Part shown: piece by piece, positions 1 to 6,046 of the stretch
Position numbering within the stretch: position 1 is the stretch's first letter
How the letters are laid out: every line of letters starts with the position of its first letter
DNA from: Megasphaera elsdenii DSM 20460
Lineage (GTDB): Bacteria; Bacillota; Negativicutes; Veillonellales; Megasphaeraceae
Reading direction: 5' to 3'
Assembly: GCF_003010495.1 (NCBI RefSeq)
Contig: NZ_CP027570.1
Location: 1,140,001-1,172,000, forward strand
DNA length: 32,000 nt
Notes under the pieces: model-generated
What the model was told of the DNA's origin: nothing
The model's database searches: none
What the model saw: the letters and a program-made list of their open reading frames with translations, nothing else
Translations under genes and position numbers: made by a program

Positions 1-783
1 TGGCACGCCGTCTTCATCATCTTCGGTCTCGTCGGCATCGCCCTGGCCTGGGTATGGCACCGCTTCGCCTGCGATAATCCGGCAGACAGCCCTTATGTCA
101 ATGCGGAAGAAGCTGCTTACATCAACGAAGGCCGTTCGGCTGACTCCCTGAAGAAAGCCGTCGCTCCCTGGAGCAAATTCCTTCGTTCGACCCAGTTCTG
201 GGCTGTCGGCATCCAGTTCATGGTCGTCGACTACATCATGTACGTCTTCCTGGCATGGCTTCCCATGTATTTGACGGAAGTTCACAACATGTCCCTGAAA
301 TCCATGGGCTTCTGGGCTTCCTGCCCGTGGATTGCTTTGATGGCTATGGTCTTCTTAGCCGGCTTCGTTTCCGACAAGATCGCCAATGGCAGCCACAGCG
401 AAATGCAGTATAAAATGCGTACCGTTACGGCCATGGCCGGCGTAGCCGTTACGTCTCTCGGCCTGTACATCGCATCTCATACGGCCGACCCGGCTATGAA
501 CATCTTCTGGATGTCCGTTTCCCTCGGTGCTTTGGGCTTCGCTATGAGCGCCAGCTGGTCTTCCGTCATCTCCCTGGGCGGCAAATACACCGGTTCCGTT
601 TCCGGCTGGATCAACCTCTGGGGCAACATCGGCGGCGTCCTGGCTCCGATTGTCACCGCTTTCTTCGTCACCAACTACGGCTGGAACAATGCCTTCACGG
701 CAACGTCCCTGTTCGGCATCATCGCCATCGTAGCCTGGATCTTCGTAAAACCGGGCAAACAACTCGTCCCGCAGGATAAGTGA
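1..783 (+). CDS. MFS transporter, C-terminal part (anion:cation symporter-like; gene starts upstream of the window)
   Basis: Frame 1 is open from base 1 to TGA 781-783. The translation WHAVFIIFGLVGIALAWVWHRFACDNPADSPYVNAEEAAYINEG... followed by about six hydrophobic helices is typical of ACS-type MFS permeases (hexuronate/glucarate-like). The listed ORF 220-783 is only an internal Met. Confidence 0.85.
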   Translation, partial: WHAVFIIFGLVGIALAWVWHRFACDNPADSPYVNAEEAAYINEGRSADSLKKAVAPWSKFLRSTQFWAVGIQFMVVDYIMYVFLAWLPMYLTEVHNMSLKSMGFWASCPWIALMAMVFLAGFVSDKIANGSHSEMQYKMRTVTAMAGVAVTSLGLYIASHTADPAMNIFWMSVSLGALGFAMSASWSSVISLGGKYTGSVSGWINLWGNIGGVLAPIVTAFFVTNYGWNNAFTATSLFGIIAIVAWIFVKPGKQLVPQDK

Positions 784-800
784 TTAGTGGCTAGGGGCTA

Positions 801-932
801 GTAGGGGCCGTCCCAAAGGGCGGCCCGCAGACCGCAGGCCGCGGATACATTCGTAGGGGCCGTCCCAAAGGGCGGCCCGCAGACCGCAGGCCACGGATAC
901 ATTCGTAGGGGCCGTCCCAAAGGGCGGCCCGC
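801..932. repeat. Three tandem copies (period 52 bp) of the 28-nt GC-rich hairpin repeat GTAGGGGCCGTCCCAAAGGGCGGCCCGC
   Basis: Copies at 801-828, 853-880 and 905-932, separated by the near-identical spacer AGACCGCAGGCC(G/A)CGGATACATTC. Each copy can fold as GGGCCGTCCC-AAA-GGGCGGCCC. Confidence 0.95.
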
Positions 933-941
933 TTTTTTTTT
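905..941 (+). terminator. Intrinsic terminator formed by the last repeat copy plus a T9 run
   Basis: The GC-rich hairpin at 905-932 is followed directly by TTTTTTTTT at 933-941, downstream of the MFS gene. Confidence 0.8.
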
Positions 942-952
942 GAAATTTTTTA

Positions 953-979
953 TTAGCACTCACTTGACAAGAGTGCTAA
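953..979. promoter_or_regulatory. CIRCE operator (HrcA binding site), perfect match to consensus
   Basis: TTAGCACTC (953-961), N9, GAGTGCTAA (971-979) matches the published CIRCE consensus TTAGCACTC-N9-GAGTGCTAA exactly. Confidence 0.9.
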
Positions 980-992
980 TAGGGTCTATGAT
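964..992 (+). promoter_or_regulatory. Sigma-A type promoter of the hsp20 pair, overlapping CIRCE
   Basis: -35 TTGACA (964-969) lies inside the CIRCE spacer. A 17-nt gap precedes -10 TATGAT (987-992). Confidence 0.7.
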
Positions 993-1103
993 ATAGCTGT
1001 AATCAGGAAGAGGTTACAGAGAGATAAGCAAAAAGGTCAAAAGAACAGAACTGAAAAGAAGGTTCACTCATAGCAACAATGAACGATATGTTGAAAGAGG
1101 GTA

Positions 1104-1550
1104 ATGATTATGATGAAAGGTTTATTTCCAGTTGTAACGAACAGTGATTTTGTATTCCCTGATACGATTTTTGACAACTTCTTCAATGGTTTTGAAAATC
1201 CGACAGAAGCGAACTACCGCGTTCCGCAGGTAGATATCGAAGATACGGACAAGGCTTATATCCTGACGACGGATCTGCCGGGTGTCGCTAAAGAAGATAT
1301 CAACGTCAGCTACAAAGATGACGTCCTGACGTTGACGGCAAAACATGAAGAAAAGAAAGATGAAAAAGACGATAAGAAGAAATATATCCGCAAAGAACGC
1401 AGCAGCCATACTTTCTGCCGTCAGTTCACGGTCCGCAACATCCAGAAAGATGGTATCCAGGCAGCCTTTAAAGACGGTGTCTTGACCATAACCCTGCCGA
1501 AAGAAGACCCGAAGAAAGTGGCCGAAGCCCATCGAATCGAAGTTAAATAA
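1104..1550 (+). CDS. hsp20: Small heat-shock protein, Hsp20/alpha-crystallin family (copy 1)
   Basis: The alpha-crystallin domain pattern is present (PQVDIEDTDKAYILTTDLPGVAKEDINVSY...GVLTITLPK). The GAGGG RBS at 1097-1101 and alignment with the paralogue (MKGLFPVV vs MNSLFPIV) suggest the true start is ATG 1110 or 1113 rather than 1104. Confidence 0.92.
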   Translation: MIMMKGLFPVVTNSDFVFPDTIFDNFFNGFENPTEANYRVPQVDIEDTDKAYILTTDLPGVAKEDINVSYKDDVLTLTAKHEEKKDEKDDKKKYIRKERSSHTFCRQFTVRNIQKDGIQAAFKDGVLTITLPKEDPKKVAEAHRIEVK

Positions 1551-1552
1551 TT

Positions 1553-1664
1553 GTAGGGGTACCCACGTGGGGCGTCCGCCAAATTTCCAAAATGTCCCGA
1601 AACGTTCCCGAAACGTAGGGGCGCCCGCGTGGGGCGCCCGCCAAATTTCCAAAATGTTCCCGAA
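1553..1664. repeat. Two tandem copies (period 62 bp) of a variant of the GTAGGGG hairpin repeat
   Basis: GTAGGGGTACCCACGTGGGGCGTCCGCC at 1553-1580 and GTAGGGGCGCCCGCGTGGGGCGCCCGCC at 1615-1642. Each is followed by AAATTTCCAAAATGT(T)CCCGAA. Confidence 0.9.
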
Positions 1665-1688
1665 TATATTAAAAAGAAGGCATGACTT

Positions 1689-2117
1689 ATGAATAGCTTA
1701 TTCCCCATTGTTGACAATGAATTTTCCGTTCCCGATGTTTTTGATAACTTCTTCAATCGCTTTATGTGGCCCAGTGAATTTACCAGCACGATGCCGAAAG
1801 TCGACATCGAAGACAAAGGCAGCGAATACGTTATGACTGCTGACCTGCCGGGCGTCCAGAAGGAAGACATCCATCTGAGCTATGACAACAACGTCCTGAC
1901 CTTGGCTGCCAGCCACAACGAACAGAAGGACTCCCAGGATGACCAGCACAACTACATCTGCAAAGAACGTTCCAGTTCGTCCTTCTGCCGTCAGTTCCCT
2001 GTCACAGGCATTCAAAAAGAAGGTATCCAGGCTGCTTTCAAAGATGGCGTCCTGACCATAACCCTCCCGAAAGATGCTCAACAGGCACAACCGACTAACA
2101 CCATTGAAATCCAGTGA
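1689..2117 (+). CDS. hsp20: Small heat-shock protein, Hsp20/alpha-crystallin family (copy 2)
   Basis: Paralogue of 1104-1550, with the same N-terminal motif FPxVxNxFxxPDxFDNFFN and C-terminal AAFKDGVLTITLPK. RBS AGAAGG at 1674-1679. Confidence 0.92.
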   Translation: MNSLFPIVDNEFSVPDVFDNFFNRFMWPSEFTSTMPKVDIEDKGSEYVMTADLPGVQKEDIHLSYDNNVLTLAASHNEQKDSQDDQHNYICKERSSSSFCRQFPVTGIQKEGIQAAFKDGVLTITLPKDAQQAQPTNTIEIQ

Positions 2118-2122
2118 GAATG

Positions 2123-2159
2123 AAAAAGGACCTACCGCATACGCGGCAGGTCCTTTTTT
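2123..2159 (+). terminator. Intrinsic terminator after hsp20 copy 2
   Basis: Stem GGACCTACCGC (2128-2138) pairs with GCGGCAGGTCC (2143-2153) with one mismatch. Loop ATAC, then T6 at 2154-2159, flanked by an A5 run. Confidence 0.8.
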
Positions 2160-2160
2160 C

Positions 2161-2298
2161 AGTGGCTAGCGGCTAGTAGCTTGTAGAGGCTGGCTTCAAG
2201 GCTCTCATAATAGGAGAGCTGGCCGCCGGAGGCGGTCTGAGAGGTTGCTGTTAAATTTAAAACCATCCGCTAACAACTAACTGCTAGCCACTAACAAC
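2161..2298. repeat. MITE-like composite intergenic element with inverted 7-bp-repeat termini
   Basis: The left end GTGGCTA GCGGCTA GTAGCTT GTAGAGG (2162-2189) and right end GCTAACAACTAACTGCTAGCCACTAACAAC (2269-2298) are inverted heptad arrays sharing AGTGGCTAGC. The core TAGGAGAGCTG-GCCGCCGGAGGCGGT-CTGAGAGGTTG (2211-2247) is related to 25043-25076 and 31456-31490. The module TTAAATTTAAAACCATCCGCTAACAACTAAC (2251-2281) recurs at 15052-15086. Confidence 0.75.
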
Positions 2299-2335
2299 TT
2301 AAAAGGGCTTGTCGTCGTGCGACAAGCCCTTTTCA
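2299..2335 (-). terminator. Intrinsic terminator downstream of tRNA-Gly (hairpin usable on both strands)
   Basis: Perfect 12-bp stem AAGGGCTTGTCG (2303-2314) with CGACAAGCCCTT (2320-2331), loop TCGTG. T-runs of 3-4 nt follow on either strand. Confidence 0.7.
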
Positions 2336-2340
2336 TCTTT

Positions 2341-2414
2341 TGGAGCGGATGAAGGGGATCGAACCCTCGTACCAAGCTTGGGAAGCTCGTATTCTACCAC
2401 TGAATTACACCCGC
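2341..2414 (-). tRNA. tRNA-Gly (anticodon CCC), CCA encoded
   Basis: The reverse complement reads GCGGGTG TA ATTC AGTGGTA GAAT A CGAGC TTCCCAA GCTTG GTAC GAGGG TTCGATC CCCTT CATCCGC T CCA. This gives a 7-bp acceptor stem (one G-U), a GTTCGATC T-loop and a CCC anticodon in a 7-nt loop, 74 nt in total. Confidence 0.95.
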
Positions 2415-2432
2415 ATGAACTTTTACTTGTCC

Positions 2433-2461
2433 ATTTTACCAGTATTCCGCAGTTTTGTAAA
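2433..2461 (-). promoter_or_regulatory. Promoter of tRNA-Gly
   Basis: On the minus strand, TTTACA (2461-2456), a 17-nt spacer, then TAAAAT (2438-2433), about 20 nt upstream of the mature tRNA 5' end. Confidence 0.6.
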
Positions 2462-2560
2462 GGTTTTTCTTTTAGCGTATATTTTTTTTAATGTGTTGGA
2501 ATTGCAACAGCTCTTTCATCGGTATGACGGTATACTAAGGCCATGAAAGGGAGGGATACC

Positions 2561-3208
2561 ATGAAAGAACGAAAAGGTTGTGTTTTTTCTATCAGCCAGG
2601 ACAATGAACCCGTTGCAGGCTGCACGATTTCTAAGGACGTAGTCCATCAGGCTGACTGCCAGGTCCTTTATTTTTCCCTGGCTGCTCAGACGGACATCAG
2701 TCCTGAAACGTATGACCAGGTCAAGATACTTTATGTCACCGCTGGGATGCTGTGCCTCTATGGTCCGGAAGGCGAACGGGAAGTTCCGCAAGGCCAGGTT
2801 TACATCGCCCGGCCCGGTATCCCTGTCGGCATGAAGAGCCTTCACGGGGCTGTTTATGTAGAAATTACGGTTAAGGAGGAAACTCTTATGAATATCGATA
2901 CAGGAAAACTCTTTTCCCTGGCCGGTCTCGTACCTTGCCAGGACGGGAAAATCATCAATCGCGACATCATCCAGTCGCCTAAAGTCAAATTCGTCGTCAT
3001 GAGTTTCGGTGCCGGTACGGGCCTTTCGGAACATGCCGCACCGGGCGAAGCGCTGATCTTCGCTTTGGAAGGGAAAGCCGTCATCCGCTATGAAGGGGAA
3101 GATCATGAAATCAAGGCCGGCGAAAACTTTGCCTTCGCTAAAAACGGCCGCCATGCCATCACTGCCGATGGGCCCTTCAAAATGGCTTTGCTGCTGACAT
3201 TAGAATAA
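2561..3208 (+). CDS. Cupin-domain protein (two cupin-like halves), function unknown
   Basis: Two beta-barrel cupin-like segments (...LYFSLAAQTDISPETYDQVKILYVTAG... and ...SFGAGTGLSEHAAPGEALIFALEGKAVIRYEGEDHEIKAGENFAF...). The ORF is open from 2543, but the GGGAGGG RBS at 2549-2555 favours ATG 2561. Confidence 0.6.
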   Translation: MKERKGCVFSISQDNEPVAGCTISKDVVHQADCQVLYFSLAAQTDISPETYDQVKILYVTAGMLCLYGPEGEREVPQGQVYIARPGIPVGMKSLHGAVYVEITVKEETLMNIDTGKLFSLAGLVPCQDGKIINRDIIQSPKVKFVVMSFGAGTGLSEHAAPGEALIFALEGKAVIRYEGEDHEIKAGENFAFAKNGRHAITADGPFKMALLLTLE

Positions 3209-3243
3209 TTTAAATAGAAGATTAAGAAGAGGAGAGAATCATC

Positions 3244-4575
3244 ATGGGTAAAAAAATTACAAACAAAGTAACTTGGGTAGGTAAAATCGACTGGGAATTG
3301 AACGAATTTCACGGCCACGAATATTCCACAGAAAAGGGTTCTTCGTATAACTCTTATTTGATCCGCGATGAAAAGACGGTCCTCATGGATACGGTCTGGA
3401 AACCTTTCGACGATGAATTTGTCGCCAACTTGAAAAAAGAAATCGACCTCAAAGACATCGACTATATCGTCATGAACCACAACGAAAATGACCACAGCGG
3501 CGCGTTGCCGGCACTGATGCGGGAAATCCCGGATACGCCGATTTACTGCACCAAGAAAGGGGAAGCCATCCTGCGCGGCCTCTATCATCAGGACTGGAAC
3601 TTCGTCAACGTCAAGACCGGCGATACCCTGGATCTGGGCGGCAGCCAGCTCGTCTTCATCGAAGCCGCCATGCTCCACTGGCCGGACACGATGTTCACCT
3701 ATATGACCGGTGAAAACATCCTTTTCAGCAACGACGGTTTTGGTCAGCACTATGCCAGCGAAAGAATGTACAACGACTGCGTCGACCAGGCTGAACTCTA
3801 TCAGGAAGCCATGAAATACTATGCCAACATCCTCAACCTCTACAGCCCCATGGTTACGCGGAAAATCGACGAAATCCTCAAGATGGATGTTCCGGTCAGC
3901 ATGATTTGCCCGAGCCACGGTGTCATCTGGCGCAAAGATCCCCTGAAAATCGTCGCGAAATACCAGGAATGGGCCAAAGCCTACCAGGAAAACCAGATTA
4001 CCATCATCTACGATACGATGTGGAATTCCACGCGCCGCATGGCTGAATGCATCGCCGAAGGCCTGCGCGAAACGGACCCGACGCTGACGGTGAAACTCTT
4101 CAACTCCGCTGTCGACGACAAGAACGACATCGTTACAGAAGTCTTCAAATCGAAAGCCATCCTCGTCGGTTCGCCGACCATCAACTACGGCTTCCTCTTC
4201 TCCATCGGCGGTATCATGGAAATGATCCGCGGCCTGAAATTCAAGAATAAGAAAGCCGCTGCTTTCGGCAGCTACGGCTGGAGCGGCGAAGCAGTCAAAC
4301 AGATTACGGCTCTCCTTCAGGGCGCTGGCTTCGACGTCGTCAACGACGGCCTGCGCTGCCAGTGGAATCCGGACCAGGCTACGCAGGATACGTGCCGTCA
4401 ATACGGCCGGGATTTTGCAGCTGCCGTCAGCGCTTCCGAAGCCAAAGAAGATGAAGTACCGACTGAACTGGGCGATTACAACAACGACGAACAGATCGGC
4501 CAGGCTGCTAAAGAACATTTCAAAGATTGGGAAAAAGACGCTCGCGAAGGCGTCAAAGGCGGCTTTGCTGGCTAA
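3244..4575 (+). CDS. Flavodiiron protein (A-type flavoprotein, O2/NO reductase; metallo-beta-lactamase-like plus flavodoxin domains)
   Basis: The diiron ligand motif H-x-E-x-D-H is present (HNENDH, nt 3478-3495, residues 79-84). The N-terminus KITNKVTWVGKIDWELNEFHG...GSSYNSYLI is typical, as is the C-terminal flavodoxin-like part (ITIIYDTMWNSTRRMAE...ILVGSPTINYG). A ~45-aa acidic/Lys-rich tail follows. RBS GAGGAGAG. Confidence 0.9.
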   Translation: MGKKITNKVTWVGKIDWELNEFHGHEYSTEKGSSYNSYLIRDEKTVLMDTVWKPFDDEFVANLKKEIDLKDIDYIVMNHNENDHSGALPALMREIPDTPIYCTKKGEAILRGLYHQDWNFVNVKTGDTLDLGGSQLVFIEAAMLHWPDTMFTYMTGENILFSNDGFGQHYASERMYNDCVDQAELYQEAMKYYANILNLYSPMVTRKIDEILKMDVPVSMICPSHGVIWRKDPLKIVAKYQEWAKAYQENQITIIYDTMWNSTRRMAECIAEGLRETDPTLTVKLFNSAVDDKNDIVTEVFKSKAILVGSPTINYGFLFSIGGIMEMIRGLKFKNKKAAAFGSYGWSGEAVKQITALLQGAGFDVVNDGLRCQWNPDQATQDTCRQYGRDFAAAVSASEAKEDEVPTELGDYNNDEQIGQAAKEHFKDWEKDAREGVKGGFAG

Positions 4576-4615
4576 GTTGTTTCCTGTATTTGTATTTTAA
4601 TGCTGTTGCGATGAC

Positions 4616-4667
4616 AAAAAATCTGCTACAATGGAAGTGCATCAATCCGTTATAGCAGATTTTTTTT
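4616..4667 (+). terminator. Putative terminator or attenuating hairpin between the flavodiiron and hydrogenase-like genes
   Basis: AAAAAATCTGCTA (4616-4628) pairs with TAGCAGATTTTTT (4653-4665). The loop is 24 nt and the T-run extends to 4667. The left arm also contains an extended -10-like TGCTACAAT (4624-4632) that could drive the downstream gene. The hairpin is weak because of the large loop. Confidence 0.45.
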
Positions 4668-4685
4668 GTAGAGGAGGCTGTTTTC

Positions 4686-5915
4686 ATGAAAACATTAGAT
4701 GAATTATATCAGCAGATGCTCAAGCGGGCTGCGGAAGGCAAACCGGTCGGTGTCGATGGCGACCCGAAATTGATTGACTGTCTGGCTCATCCCGATGACC
4801 ATCCCCTGATCTGGCGGGTCAAACCCTGTCTCTGTCCGCCTGATGAACCGCATCACTGCCAGGAAGCCTGCGATTGGGGCGCCATTACGTCTGGTCCCGA
4901 CGGCATTGCCATCGACGACAGCCAGTGCGTCGGCTGCCAGGCCTGTGTCGATGCTTGTAAGCTCGATACCCTGAAGACACGGAAAGACATCATCCCTGTC
5001 GTTCAGGAACTGCATGATTACGACGGCCCTATTTACGCCATGGTCGCCCCTGCCGTATCCGGCCAGTTCGGTCCCGATATTACCATGGGGAAATTGCGGA
5101 CGGCTTTCAAGCGCCTGGGCTTTACGGGCATGCTGGAAGTCGCTGTCTTTGCCGATATCCTGACCTTGAAAGAAGCTCTGGAATTTGACAAGAACATCAA
5201 TAGCGAAGATCAGTTCCAGCTCACCAGCTGCTGCTGCCCCATGTGGATCGCCATGATCAAGAAACTCTATCACCAGCTCCTGCCTAACGTGCCTGGCTCT
5301 GTTTCGCCCATGATTGCCGGCGGCCGCACGGTGAAAGCCCTTCATCCCAAAGCCAAGACCGTCTTCATCGGACCCTGCCTGGCTAAGAAAGCCGAACGGA
5401 AAGAACCGGACCTGGTCGGTGCTGTCGATTACGTCCTGACCTATCAGGAACTGCGCGACCTCTTTTCCGTCACCAATATCGACCTGGCATCCCTGCCGGA
5501 AGATAATCTGCCTCACGCTTCGGAAGCGGGCATCAGCTATGCCTATGCCGGCGGCGTCTCCGAAGCCGTCACGGAAACGGTCCATCAGCTGAATCCGGAC
5601 CGCCAAGTCGACATCAAGACCCGCAAAGCCGATGGCGTCCCGGCTTGCAAAGCCATGATTAACGATATCCTGGCCGGCAACCGCGACGGCAACTTCTTCG
5701 AAGGCATGGGCTGCATGGGCGGCTGCGTCGGCGGTCCTCGGGCTATCATCAAGAAAGAAGAAGGCAAAGCCAATGTCCAGGCCTATGGGAAACAAGCGGC
5801 CTACAAGACGCCGATGGAAAATCCGTATGTCATCGAACTCTTGAAAAAATTAGGCTTCCCGACGGTCGAAGAATTCCTCGAACGGAGCCACCTGTACGAT
5901 CGTAAATTTGACTAA
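4686..5915 (+). CDS. [FeFe]-hydrogenase-like protein (H-cluster domain with N-terminal ferredoxin-type FeS motifs), compact 409 aa
   Basis: All three H-cluster signature segments are recognisable: TSCCCPMW (5223-5246; canonical TSCCPxW), IGPCLAKKAE (canonical MPCxxKxxE) and EGMGCMGGCVGGPRA (5700-5744; canonical ExMxCxxGCxxGGGQP). N-terminal motifs are CVGCQACVDAC and an atypical CLCPPDEPHHCQEAC. Confidence 0.8.
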   Translation: MKTLDELYQQMLKRAAEGKPVGVDGDPKLIDCLAHPDDHPLIWRVKPCLCPPDEPHHCQEACDWGAITSGPDGIAIDDSQCVGCQACVDACKLDTLKTRKDIIPVVQELHDYDGPIYAMVAPAVSGQFGPDITMGKLRTAFKRLGFTGMLEVAVFADILTLKEALEFDKNINSEDQFQLTSCCCPMWIAMIKKLYHQLLPNVPGSVSPMIAGGRTVKALHPKAKTVFIGPCLAKKAERKEPDLVGAVDYVLTYQELRDLFSVTNIDLASLPEDNLPHASEAGISYAYAGGVSEAVTETVHQLNPDRQVDIKTRKADGVPACKAMINDILAGNRDGNFFEGMGCMGGCVGGPRAIIKKEEGKANVQAYGKQAAYKTPMENPYVIELLKKLGFPTVEEFLERSHLYDRKFD

Positions 5916-5995
5916 ACCGCTTTTTGTTCATAGTTCATCGTTCATCGCGATGGATTGATATTTTTAATTTATAGTTTGTAGCCACTAACAACTTT

Positions 5996-6030
5996 AAAGG
6001 GGCTGTCGCACGTGCGACAGCCCCTTTTTT
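5996..6030. terminator. Intrinsic terminator between convergent genes (member of the conserved terminator cassette)
   Basis: AAAGGGGCTGTCGCACGTGCGACAGCCCCTTTTTT is a 13-15 bp palindromic stem. T6 follows on the plus strand and only TTT on the minus strand. Confidence 0.85.
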
Positions 6031-6046
6031 CACGGCCTGCGGCCGC

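Noticed and set aside
801-932. Regularly spaced direct repeats at 801-932, 1553-1664 and 13566-13663, considered as possible CRISPR arrays.
   Set aside because: There are only 2-3 units per array. The spacers are near-identical within an array (7, 24 or ~34 nt) rather than unique. The repeat occurs singly and inverted elsewhere, and there are no cas genes. These are REP-type arrays, not CRISPR.
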